Notes under the pieces: generated by a model
What the model was told of the DNA's origin: nothing
The model's database searches: none
The model's input: the letters and a program-made list of their open reading frames with translations, nothing else
Made by a program: the position numbers and the translations under genes
Source of the DNA: Candidatus Latescibacterota bacterium
GTDB lineage: Bacteria > Latescibacterota > UBA2968 > UBA8231
Assembly (NCBI GenBank): GCA_965206595.1
Contig: OZ242214.1
Span: forward strand, 4,832,001 to 4,896,000
Reading direction: 5' to 3'
DNA length: 64,000 nt
Shown here: positions 10,052-19,480 of the stretch, piece by piece
How positions within the stretch are numbered: position 1 is the first letter of the stretch
How the letters are laid out: each line of letters begins with the position of its first letter

Positions 10052-11122
10052 TCAGGGAAGCCGGGGGACGACCTCCTTCGCCATCAGCTCCATCGACCGC
10101 TTCATCCTCGCCTTGTCGTCCCAGTCGTGGCCGATCATCAGCACGGTGCCGAATCCGCCGGTGACCTCGTACAGCTCCTGCAGGCGCGCGGTCACCGTGT
10201 CGGGACTGCCGACGATGGCGACTTCATCGACGATGTACTCCCGGGTGACGTCGGCGTCGGACATGGAGGAGTCCTTCTTCGGCAGGTCGATCATGTTGGC
10301 GATCGCCAGCATGCCGCGCAGGTATACGAGCGAGTCGCCGAAGGCCCCGTTCAGGGCGTGCTCGCGGGCCTCGGCATCGGTCTCGCCGACGTAGATGCTG
10401 CGCGAGACGCGCCAGTCGGCGCGGTCCGGTTCGGGCCGATCCGCCTCGGCGGCGCCGTCGCAGTACATCTCCCACTGGCGTGTCACCTTGTGCGGCGGCG
10501 CCAGGTTGATGCTGATCGGCAGGAACCCGCGCCTGCCGCCGGTAGTCGCCGCCATCGACTCCTCCTTGACGATGCTCATGGCGATCGGCGGATGCGGCTT
10601 CTGGTACGGCTTGAGCACCTCTCCGAGGCCGAGCTCCGGAACCCTGTCCCCCAGGACGACCTTCCAGAAATCCCCGTTGAACTCGAAGGGGCCGTCCTCG
10701 GTCCAGAGCTTCAGGACGATGTCCATCGCCTCGAGGTTCATCAGCCCCTGGGTGCGGGGATCCGGCAGGTCGAACAGCCCCCAGTCGGTCGGCACGCCCC
10801 CCTGCCCGAAGCCGACGTTGATGCGGCCCCGCGACAGGTGGTCGAGGTAGGCGAGGCGCACCGCGACGTTGGCCGGGTGGTGCTGGGTCATGATGGTGAC
10901 TCCGGTGCCCAGGCGGATCGTCCGGGTCTGCGGCAGCACGTGGGCGATGAACAGGTCGTTGGCCGGGATCGGCTCCCACATGGCGGTGTGGTGCTGGCCG
11001 ATCCAGGCCTCGCTGAAGCCGAGCTCCTCCGCCCACAGCACGCACTCCGTGTCCTCGTCGAAGGTCTGGGTGCGGTCCTTCTGCGGCGGATGCAGCGGCA
11101 TCATGAACTTCCCGATCTTCAT
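10052..11122 (-). CDS. LLM-class (luciferase-like) flavin-dependent monooxygenase
   Basis: FMMPLHPP, AEELGFSEAWIGQHH, IRLGTGV, PYQKPHPP, VGSPDTV. Confidence 0.9.
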   Translation of the reverse strand: MKIGKFMMPLHPPQKDRTQTFDEDTECVLWAEELGFSEAWIGQHHTAMWEPIPANDLFIAHVLPQTRTIRLGTGVTIMTQHHPANVAVRLAYLDHLSRGRINVGFGQGGVPTDWGLFDLPDPRTQGLMNLEAMDIVLKLWTEDGPFEFNGDFWKVVLGDRVPELGLGEVLKPYQKPHPPIAMSIVKEESMAATTGGRRGFLPISINLAPPHKVTRQWEMYCDGAAEADRPEPDRADWRVSRSIYVGETDAEAREHALNGAFGDSLVYLRGMLAIANMIDLPKKDSSMSDADVTREYIVDEVAIVGSPDTVTARLQELYEVTGGFGTVLMIGHDWDDKARMKRSMELMAKEVVPRLP

Positions 11123-11158
11123 TTTCGATCCTCCCGAACGGCCGGCGCCGGTCCGTCC

Positions 11159-12142
11159 TCAGTTCTCGTTCACCGCCTGCAACATCGCGTGAATGTATCC
11201 GTAGGTGTAGGCGAAACCGACCTGCCCCGGCTCGTCTCCCGAAAGCCCGGGGACGTGGTCGGGCATGATCATGTACTCGTACCCCACTTCCCTGAAGGTG
11301 CGCAGGGCCTTGAGCATGTCGACGTCCCCTTCGTCGGGGAAGACCTCGACGAAGTTGCCGAGCCCGCCCTTTATGTTGCGGAAGTGCAGGTTGAAGATCT
11401 TCTTGCGCTCGCCGAACCAGCGGATGACGTCGTAGACCTCTTCGGCGGGGTTCTCCAGGCTCTCGGCGACGCAGCCGAGGCAGAAGTTCAGGCCGTTGTA
11501 CGGGCTGTCGTAGAGCTGGGTCAGTTTCTTCAGGCCGTCGACCATTCCCATCACCCGCGCCACGCCGCGGTAGGTGTTGCCGACCCCGATGCCGGGGTCG
11601 GAGGGATGGCAGGCCATCTGCACCTCGTACTCCTCGGCCACCGGGATGATGCGCTTCAGCCAGCACTCGACGCGCGCGTACATCTCGTCCTCGTCCGCGG
11701 CGCCCCCTTCGAACTCCGGCAGCGACTGGTCGAGCTTGTCGTACTCCCACGACGACAGCCGCGCCCCGCCGCGCCCGTAGCGCGACTCGGTCCGCAGATG
11801 GCCGAGGATGGTGATGTTGTAGTTGAGGCCGCGAATCCCCGCCTGCGAGGCCATGCGCACGGTCTCGCACATCCTGTCGAGCTGGCGTTCGCGCTCGTCG
11901 CTGCCGGGCAGGAAGATCGCCCCCGCCTCGTTCTCGAAGGCGCTGCCCGAACCGAGGGGGATGTGGATCATCTCGAGGTTGATGCCGTGCCTGTCGAAGC
12001 GCTCGCGCAGCCGCACGAGCGTGTCGGCCGTCCACTCCTCCCAGGGTTCGGTCGGGGTCTGGTCGACGTTTCTTACTCCGAGCTGGGCGAGGACCTCGAT
12101 GTCGGCGTCGTGGCGGCAGTGAAACTGGGTTCCGATGTACAT
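11159..12142 (-). CDS. Mannonate dehydratase (UxuA) family protein
   Basis: PVAEE..MACHPSDP, NGLNFCLG, HFRNI, DEGDVDM, MPDHVP. Confidence 0.87.
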   Translation of the reverse strand: MYIGTQFHCRHDADIEVLAQLGVRNVDQTPTEPWEEWTADTLVRLRERFDRHGINLEMIHIPLGSGSAFENEAGAIFLPGSDERERQLDRMCETVRMASQAGIRGLNYNITILGHLRTESRYGRGGARLSSWEYDKLDQSLPEFEGGAADEDEMYARVECWLKRIIPVAEEYEVQMACHPSDPGIGVGNTYRGVARVMGMVDGLKKLTQLYDSPYNGLNFCLGCVAESLENPAEEVYDVIRWFGERKKIFNLHFRNIKGGLGNFVEVFPDEGDVDMLKALRTFREVGYEYMIMPDHVPGLSGDEPGQVGFAYTYGYIHAMLQAVNEN

Positions 12143-12162
12143 CCGTTTCTCTCTTTCCGTGA

Positions 12163-13371
12163 TCAGGCCCGCATCAGCCGCAGGCAGTTTTCATACACCT
12201 CGAACCGCTCTCCCTCGCGCTCTTCCCGATCGACTTTCTTGAGGAACAGGGCGCTGCCGGGCCTGGAGCCGGCGAAGCTGCGGTGGCTGCCGATGTGGGC
12301 CGGGTCCGGCCCGTTCCACTTGACCTCGCCGTCCTGCAGATAGATGAAATCCCCGGCATAGCGATCCGTCATCTCCTTCATGCGGTCGCGGTAGAACAGG
12401 CCCTGCTCGCAGGCGCTGCTGCGCACCGAGGCCATGCGCTCGGGGGATTCCTGTTCGATGGAGTCGAACTCGTTCAGCGGCGCCTCCACTTCGCTCTCGA
12501 GGTCGATGGCGTCGAGGTCGACGGTGCCGAACCCACCCTGCGCCGCCACCAGCAGGTGGTTGCGGTCGCGGCGGAAGGGCGGCGTCGGCCAGTCCGATGC
12601 CGGATCGTGCCCCATCAGGTGGGCGCCGACGGCATCGGTGGCGACGATCTGGTCCCCGGCCACCAGGGCGTTACCGACGCGGCCCTCGCCGCCCCACTCG
12701 CACCCCCACTGGCCGGTGGTGGCGTCGATGATGTTGAGCGCCGGATCGGTGATGCGCCCCAGGTCGGGGAGCACGTAGGAGAGCCTGATGGCGTGGTGGA
12801 AGTAGGTGCGCACGCGGCCCTCGGGGGGAATGGTCGGCGTGATCCCGAACAGGTTCTTCATGCACAGGGTCACGCCCATGAACCCGTGGTTCTTCATCTT
12901 GGCGACCGAAACCACCTCGTCGGCGTCGCGCCAGCAGCTGCTCAGGGAGTAGCGGTCGAACATGAAGCCGCCCCCCGGGACCTCGTACTCGGCGAACGGG
13001 GCCAGCGTCGACTCGTCGTACTCGACGCCGAACTCCTGCAACAGCTCCAGGTAGTTGAGGCCGTCGGTCCGCTTGCCCTCGGCGTCGTACCCGTGCGTGT
13101 CGCTGGCCACCAGGTCGGCGGAGGTGCGCTCGCGCAGCAGCCTGAGCACGGCGCGGGCGACGGCGTCGTCGACGAGCTCGCGGCGGCGCCCTTCGAAATG
13201 CTCCACCTTGGTGTGCATCATGTTGAACTTGAGGGCGATCCGTCCCGCTTTCTCCAGCTTTTCCCAGGACCGCGCCAGCGGCGCGGTCGCCCGTGCGAGC
13301 GCCTGGTATACCTCTTCGTCGGAGGCGAGGTGGTCGCAGCGCACCGCGCGGACGCTGAACGGCTTTGCCAT
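12163..13371 (-). CDS. DUF362-domain protein with C-terminal extension
   Basis: IALKFN, VAKMKNH, TLCMKNLFG, NIIDA, VATDAV. Confidence 0.82.
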   Translation of the reverse strand: MAKPFSVRAVRCDHLASDEEVYQALARATAPLARSWEKLEKAGRIALKFNMMHTKVEHFEGRRRELVDDAVARAVLRLLRERTSADLVASDTHGYDAEGKRTDGLNYLELLQEFGVEYDESTLAPFAEYEVPGGGFMFDRYSLSSCWRDADEVVSVAKMKNHGFMGVTLCMKNLFGITPTIPPEGRVRTYFHHAIRLSYVLPDLGRITDPALNIIDATTGQWGCEWGGEGRVGNALVAGDQIVATDAVGAHLMGHDPASDWPTPPFRRDRNHLLVAAQGGFGTVDLDAIDLESEVEAPLNEFDSIEQESPERMASVRSSACEQGLFYRDRMKEMTDRYAGDFIYLQDGEVKWNGPDPAHIGSHRSFAGSRPGSALFLKKVDREEREGERFEVYENCLRLMRA

Positions 13372-13454
13372 TTGTCCTGCCTTCTTCTGCGTGGAACGGA
13401 TTTGTGCCCTCGAATCCGGCTGCCGGGGCGGTGATCACTCGGGGAAGCGGCCTG

Positions 13455-13484
13455 ATAATACGCCCCCTCTCGAAAGAGGGTCAA
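13455..13484 (-). promoter_or_regulatory. Putative sigma70 promoter for the DUF362-UxuA-LLM-PhyH operon
   Basis: Minus strand TTGACC-18 nt-TATTAT, about 85 nt upstream of the start; overlaps palindrome ccctctcgaaagaggg. Confidence 0.45.
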
Positions 13485-13829
13485 GCAGGATCGCAGGCCC
13501 GCCCCGCTCCCTGCCGGGCCGGAGCCCGGGCACCTCCGGGGCGTGAAAACATGCCGCTTCGGACGCCCTCCTCCCCACAGGCCGGCGGACCCCGCTTCCA
13601 TGCCGCCGCGCCCCTTCCAGCGACGAGCCGGCGGCGCGCCAAAACCTCGGGGTCGGGACCCGGCCGCTCGATTTCGAGGGCACTCCCGGACAGCTGAGCT
13701 GGATCCTGCCCCCCGGCGAATGGCAGCGGCACTCGATGGACTCATACCGCAGGAACTGGAACCCCGCACCGGGCGCGGTTTCCCGATAATTCCCCAGGCC
13801 GGCCTCGGGATCCCGACCCCTCCGACCTG

Positions 13830-15845
13830 CTACACGAATGATCCGCCGATCGGGTTGTTGCCGATCTTGCCGGTGAAGAAGTCGACTACGAGCCAGAAGC
13901 CGGCGACGAAGATCTGCCCCATGATGAGCCCGAGGAAGAAGGGGCGCGCCGCCCTGTAGAGCGTCGTCCCGCCGCTGCGCAGGATGATCGTCTTGGCCGC
14001 CCAGGCCAGGAACACGTTGAACCAGACATTGGTCAGGATGTGGAAGGTGCTTACCGCGAAGCCGAGCGGGTGCAGCGGCCACCAGATGAACCGGATCCGC
14101 GCCCAGATGAGAGCCCCCATGACCACCGCCCCGATGCCGGTGAACATCCAGCCGCTGGCGCTGGCCTCGGTGGGCATGGTCAGCTGGCGGTGCATCATCT
14201 CGCCTACCCATCTGGGGATGGCGACGAACCAGAAGTAGTGGAGGTTCACGCCCCCGTACTCGTAGGAAAGCGTCAGGACGCTCCAGATGCTACCGCAAAG
14301 GGCGAGGAGCACGGCGATGATCCCCGCCCACAGCAGCGGCCGCTTATTCCCGCCGATCTCCCCGGCCATCTTGAGGGCGTTGGCGAAACAGGGCATGAAG
14401 AAGAGACGGAGGTTGGCCGCCCAGACGTAGGTGAGTCCGAGGGCGACCACGCCGGAGGGACCCAGGACGCCGGTCCCCAGGCCGGAGACGACGAAATCCG
14501 CCGGCGTCAGGGGAGTGCGGATGAAGGCGATTCCCCCCTCGACGACGGCGCGGGTGATGGCGACGAAGACGACGAGGGCGGCGAACAGGAACACCGGTAC
14601 CACCCACAGCGGCAGCCCCGACTCCCACAGCCAGGCGCCGACCACGGCGAGGCCGGCGGCGAGGCCGATCGTCGAGGTGCGGCAGGAGAGCAGCTCGCCG
14701 CTGTCGTCGACCGCGGCGCCGCGGCCGCAGGCTTTCGAGACGACCTGCCGGAGGTGCTCGCGCCCCGCCCAGATTCCCGACAGCACGAGGACGATCATCG
14801 CCCCCATCGCCTGGTGGGCGAGGTAGGGGCCGGCGAGGTTGGCGAAGCGGCTCAGGGTTTCCTCGCTCCTGATGTCGAAGAAGGCGAAGACACCGCGCTC
14901 GACGTTGGCGAGGAAGAAGAACAGCCAGACGCTGAGGGCGACGTCGCGGTTCAGGAGGAAGGCGAAACCGAGGAGGCCGAAGTTGAACTGCGCCGTGAGG
15001 GCGGTGCGGTCGACCAGGGTGAACAGGACCCCGTGGCCGCTGAAGGCGCCCATGTGGGGGAATTCGGGAAAGTAGGAGTTCAGCGCGTTCAGGGAGCCGA
15101 TGAAGAAGGGGAGCGCGAAACCGGCCCACATCACCTTGCTGCGGAAGAACGGCTTGAGGAGAGATCCCCGCTCCTTTCCGTCGCCCTCCTCGATCAGGGC
15201 GAGGGGCACCTGGACGAGGGGATACGGCAGCCTCTCGTGCTCCATCCACTGCCTGCGGACGATCACCATCAGACAGATGGAAACCCAGTACACCGCCAGG
15301 ATGAGCAGGCACCACCAGAGGACCGGTTCGATCCACGCACCCCAGGGGACGCCCCCCTCCGGGTCCCCTTCGTAGAACCCCTGAATGGCTTCCTCGTCCG
15401 TCGGGGCGAGCCTGTCGGGCAGGTGGGGGACGAAGCTGTCGCCCCATTTGTTCTCCTGGGTCGCGTAGAAGCGCACCCCGGCGATGATCGGCAGCATGTA
15501 CTCGGAAAAGCCGATCGTCGGGACCGACGTGGCCAGCATCGCCATGATGTAGACCGTGGCGAGCTCGCCTGAACCGAACTCCCAGGAGCGCTTCACCAGG
15601 CCGAGGAGGACGTTGATCACCCCGACGAAGAGGAAGAAGGAGAAGACCGCCGCCGGGGTGTTGAAGTTGTGCCCGAGCAGCCCCCCCTTGATGATCATGT
15701 TGCTGTAGGGAAGGGCCACCCCGATCCCCAGGCTCAGGGCGGCCCCGGCGATCACGGAACGCACCGTGACGCCGCCCCGCTCGCGGCCTGCTCCGTGACG
15801 ATGGAGGAGGTGAGCGGAGTATTCGGAAGGGATTTCCTTTTTCAC
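13830..15845 (-). CDS. DUF6785/DUF6784-type polytopic membrane protein (putative transporter)
   Basis: Many hydrophobic segments; RRQWMEHERLPYPL, WWPLHPLGF, PFFLGLIMG. Confidence 0.85.
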   Translation of the reverse strand: MKKEIPSEYSAHLLHRHGAGRERGGVTVRSVIAGAALSLGIGVALPYSNMIIKGGLLGHNFNTPAAVFSFFLFVGVINVLLGLVKRSWEFGSGELATVYIMAMLATSVPTIGFSEYMLPIIAGVRFYATQENKWGDSFVPHLPDRLAPTDEEAIQGFYEGDPEGGVPWGAWIEPVLWWCLLILAVYWVSICLMVIVRRQWMEHERLPYPLVQVPLALIEEGDGKERGSLLKPFFRSKVMWAGFALPFFIGSLNALNSYFPEFPHMGAFSGHGVLFTLVDRTALTAQFNFGLLGFAFLLNRDVALSVWLFFFLANVERGVFAFFDIRSEETLSRFANLAGPYLAHQAMGAMIVLVLSGIWAGREHLRQVVSKACGRGAAVDDSGELLSCRTSTIGLAAGLAVVGAWLWESGLPLWVVPVFLFAALVVFVAITRAVVEGGIAFIRTPLTPADFVVSGLGTGVLGPSGVVALGLTYVWAANLRLFFMPCFANALKMAGEIGGNKRPLLWAGIIAVLLALCGSIWSVLTLSYEYGGVNLHYFWFVAIPRWVGEMMHRQLTMPTEASASGWMFTGIGAVVMGALIWARIRFIWWPLHPLGFAVSTFHILTNVWFNVFLAWAAKTIILRSGGTTLYRAARPFFLGLIMGQIFVAGFWLVVDFFTGKIGNNPIGGSFV

Positions 15846-16146
15846 GTCTCGTGGACGCAGGCGGACCCCGGGTTCCCGGGTCCGGGCCCTTGCGGGCGTC
15901 GGGGGCTCACCTCGGGCCTCGAAGGCAAAGGGGGATGGGGAGGCAGAATTTCACCGACCTCCCTGGAGGCCTCAACCCTCCCGGCATCGAGGCGTGGCGG
16001 ATTCATCCCCTGGCAACCGGCTGTCCCCGGAACAGGCCCGAGGATGGGACAGGAAAAACACAGGAGGGAGCCCGATGGCCCCCTCCCTGAAGACCCTGAT
16101 GTTCGTTCCCCTTACTTCATTGAGTTGTGTTCCCCTGGCGATGCAG

Positions 16147-17157
16147 CTACTCCATCAAGGTTCCCGTGTAGGAAAGCCCGACCGTCCAGGTCGGCCCGGC
16201 GAAATACCGGTTGCCGCTGGCGGTCATGCGCGACGAGGCCTCGATACTCAGGTCGGGATTGAGATCGACCAGCACCGTCGGCGCCAGGTAGGTGACGCTC
16301 TGGCTGAGCGTCTCCTGTTCTCCCGGGTTGCTCAGGGCATCGTACTCCGCTCCCGAGAGGCCTTCGAACTTGAGGGCGACGAGGAGCCTGTCCATCGGGC
16401 TGTACCCTGCCTCGGCGTTGAAAACAAACTCGGGGCCGGGAGTATAGCTGCGGTCCGGCTCGACGCCGTCGGTGTCCTCGTATTCACCGCGCATCCGATA
16501 CCCCAGGTCGACATTTGCGTACACAGGTGTTGGCCAGAAAGAGCGGCCGATCTGCCCGACCACCTCGAAATCCCATTGACCATCGGTTACGGAAAGAGCC
16601 TCGGGCACCGGGCGATACTCACCAATGGGGGTCTTGAATCCCAGTTTCAGCGTGCCGACGAGCTGGGATCGGTCCAGGAGCTTGATCTTGGCGAATCCGC
16701 GCAGGTCGGACAGACCGGATTCCGTTTCCAGGGCAGGGGGCGGAGTCGCCACATCGTTGCCTTCGTCCTTGTCGACGAACTTGTTGCTGACCAACGGGAC
16801 CTGCAGGCCGAGATCGATCCCGTCCTTGACGCCGTAAAACAGGTCGAAATAGACCTGCCGGGTCTGATAGCGGGCATCCAAGGGCATTTTAACCGCACTT
16901 CCCTCACCGTCGTAGTGTTCGTCGGTCGTCTGCGACAGGAAGGTGACTTTGCTCCACAGGTTCCCCTTTCCAAGCGTCCAGGCTCCCGCATCGGCGGTCC
17001 TTGGCAGAAGAGCAGCACCGAGGGCCACGACGAGAAAGGGGATCAGGTGGTTTGTGAGTTTCCGGTGCAGAAACTTCAGGCCCCGGTTCGAGATGGGGGT
17101 GGAAGGGTGCATGTACGTACTCTGCTTTCTGAAATAGTCCTCCAATATGGAGGACAA
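16147..17157 (-). CDS. Putative outer-membrane beta-barrel protein; start uncertain
   Basis: Signal-like LVVALGAALL..ADA|GAWT, GLSDL, KTPIG, DGQWD, amphipathic beta strands, C-terminal VGLSY. Confidence 0.65.
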   Translation of the reverse strand: MSSILEDYFRKQSTYMHPSTPISNRGLKFLHRKLTNHLIPFLVVALGAALLPRTADAGAWTLGKGNLWSKVTFLSQTTDEHYDGEGSAVKMPLDARYQTRQVYFDLFYGVKDGIDLGLQVPLVSNKFVDKDEGNDVATPPPALETESGLSDLRGFAKIKLLDRSQLVGTLKLGFKTPIGEYRPVPEALSVTDGQWDFEVVGQIGRSFWPTPVYANVDLGYRMRGEYEDTDGVEPDRSYTPGPEFVFNAEAGYSPMDRLLVALKFEGLSGAEYDALSNPGEQETLSQSVTYLAPTVLVDLNPDLSIEASSRMTASGNRYFAGPTWTVGLSYTGTLME

Positions 17158-17328
17158 GATTGTGAAATGGCAGTTTCCTGCCGCTTTGCCCTCCCGCGGG
17201 CAGTGTCATTTAACATAAGGCGGGGTAAATAGTTCTCAAGGTTCCGATACATCGCTCCAGGTGGAGAATCTTCCTTTAGTTTGAACAGCAGGACAGCCCG
17301 GTACCCGGCCCGGAGCACAGGCAAGGGA

Positions 17329-17754
17329 ATGCCAATGCCCGAACGCACCTTCGAAGAGAACGTCTACACCCGCCTCGGGGCGAGGCCGCTCATCAACGCC
17401 AACATCCCGTTCACCTTCCTCGGCGGTACGACCGTGCGGCCCGAGGTTCGCCGCGGCAGCAACCGCTTCCTGCAGATGGTCGTGCGCTGGGACGAGGAGG
17501 CGTTCGCGTTGACCGCGGACGAGTGCGCGCGCCAGCTGCGCGAGGGGGACCCGCCGATATCGGTGCTTTCGAACTACAACCCGTACGTGACGCGGGTTCG
17601 CGAGTTCTTTCCTCCCGGCGCCGCCAGGGAGCGAAAGGGCAGCCCCCTGACCGTGTACGCCCTCAGCCTAAAGCCGGACGAGGAGCCGATCGTCGGCGAG
17701 CGGCTGCGCGGCCTGCTGCAGTCGGCGCGAACGAAAGGGCCGGGGAATGGCTAG
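17329..17754 (+). pseudogene. SelA-like/DgaE-like PLP enzyme with large in-frame internal deletion
   Basis: N-terminal VYTRLGARPLINA..TFLGG..PEV joined directly to C-terminal VRWDEEAFALTADECARQLREGDPPI; the PLP-binding core is absent. Confidence 0.65.
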
Positions 17755-19393
17755 GCTTTCGGCGGCGCGGGCGCTGATCGAGTCGCTGCGGGCCCACGGG
17801 GTGGACACGATCTTCGGGATCATCTCCAGCCACACCATGGAGATCTTCGACGCCCTCTACGACTACCGGCAGGAGATCCGCTTCATCAGCGCCCGCCACG
17901 AGCACGCCGCGGCGATGATGGCGGACGGGTACGCCCGTGCCACCGGAAAGCCGGGGGTCTGTCTGACCAGCACCGGTCCGGGAGCGGCCAACTCCATGGG
18001 CGGCCTGGGGGAGGCGTACTTCGCCTCCTCCCCCGTGCTGAGCGTAACGAGCACTGCCGAAGAAGAGCTGTACGAGCGCGGGTTGGGCACGATCCACGAG
18101 ACCAGGGACCAGCTCGGGATGCTCTCGTCGGTCACCCGGATCGCCTTTCACGTCAACCGCCCCGGGGAGGTGCCGGCGCGGATCGGCGCGGCTTTCGAGC
18201 TGTTCGCAGGGGCGCGGCCGCGGCCGGTCGCCATCGAGATCCCGGTCGACGTCCAGGGACAGGAGGCCGAGGTCGAAATCCCCGAGGCGGCAGAGGTGCC
18301 AGCTCCGGCGGCCGACACGGCCCAGGTCGAAAAAGCCGCTGCCCTGCTGCTGGCAGGCGGACGCGCCGGGGTGCTTGCGGGCACCGGGGTGCACCGCTCC
18401 GGGGCGGCGGCGGAGCTGCGGCGCCTGGTGGAGAGGCTGGGGCTTCCGGTGTTCACCACCGCCAACGGCAAAGGGTCGATCCCGGAAGACCATCCCCTGA
18501 GCCTCGGTATGTACGGCGGCGAGTACGACTTCCCGCCGGGCGGCCACGAGGATCCGCGGCAGACCTTCGCCAACTCCCTCGATACGCTCCTCGCCGTCGG
18601 CTCGAGCCTGTCCTGGTTCCGGGTGAAGTCGCAGGGGCTCGAGCAGCCGGCCAACCTGATCCACCTCGACATCGATGCCGAGCCGATGGGGAAGTGGTAC
18701 GACACCTCTGTGAGGTTGGTCGGTGACGCGGGAACGGTGCTCCGGCAGCTCTACGACGCAATCGCCGCCCATTCACCGCGGCCGAACCCCGGGTTCGCCA
18801 GCGAGGTCGAGCGGGTCAGGGACGCGATCAGGGAGTTCAAGGGGCGGACCATGCCGTGCGAAACCCGCATCATGGCGACCGTCCGCGCCGCCGCGGCCAG
18901 GGACGCGATCTTCAGCGGCGACGTCGGCATCTGCAACCACCGCGGCGCCAACTACTGTCTCGACGCCCTCGGCCAGCGGAGCTACATGACGCCGGCCTGG
19001 GGAGGCCTGGGTTTCGGGCTGCCCGCCGCTATCGGCGCCAAGGCGGGGGCCCCGGACCGCCAGGTCATCTGCATCACCGGGGACGGCGGCTTCCAGTTCA
19101 ACATCCAGGAGCTGGGAACCTGCGTTCAGTACGGCCTCGATCCGGTGATCTTGCTGTTCAACGACAACGCCTGGGGACTGCTGCGCCAGTACCAACAGGC
19201 CCGTGACGGACGATACATCGCCAGCGACCTGCGCAACCCGGACTTTCCCGGGCTGGCCGAAGCCTACGGCGCCCGCGGCCTGCGGGTAGGCTCGCTTGCC
19301 GAGCTGGGAGCGGCGCTCGAAACCGCCCTTCATTCCGGGGTAGTCACCGTCGTCGAGGTGCGGACCCCGGACGGCTTCGCCAACTTCGGGTAG
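17747..19393 (+). CDS. ThDP-binding enzyme (acetolactate synthase-like)
   Basis: RHEHAAAMMADGYAR, GPGAAN, GFGLPAAIGA, GDGGF..N. Confidence 0.92.
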   Translation: MARLSAARALIESLRAHGVDTIFGIISSHTMEIFDALYDYRQEIRFISARHEHAAAMMADGYARATGKPGVCLTSTGPGAANSMGGLGEAYFASSPVLSVTSTAEEELYERGLGTIHETRDQLGMLSSVTRIAFHVNRPGEVPARIGAAFELFAGARPRPVAIEIPVDVQGQEAEVEIPEAAEVPAPAADTAQVEKAAALLLAGGRAGVLAGTGVHRSGAAAELRRLVERLGLPVFTTANGKGSIPEDHPLSLGMYGGEYDFPPGGHEDPRQTFANSLDTLLAVGSSLSWFRVKSQGLEQPANLIHLDIDAEPMGKWYDTSVRLVGDAGTVLRQLYDAIAAHSPRPNPGFASEVERVRDAIREFKGRTMPCETRIMATVRAAAARDAIFSGDVGICNHRGANYCLDALGQRSYMTPAWGGLGFGLPAAIGAKAGAPDRQVICITGDGGFQFNIQELGTCVQYGLDPVILLFNDNAWGLLRQYQQARDGRYIASDLRNPDFPGLAEAYGARGLRVGSLAELGAALETALHSGVVTVVEVRTPDGFANFG

Positions 19394-19480
19394 GCTGCCT
19401 GCGGGAAAACGGCCCGGGGGAGGCGCGCGGCTCCTGGTTGAAAGGCAGCGCCGGCAACTGCGCCGGAGATTGCCCGAGGC

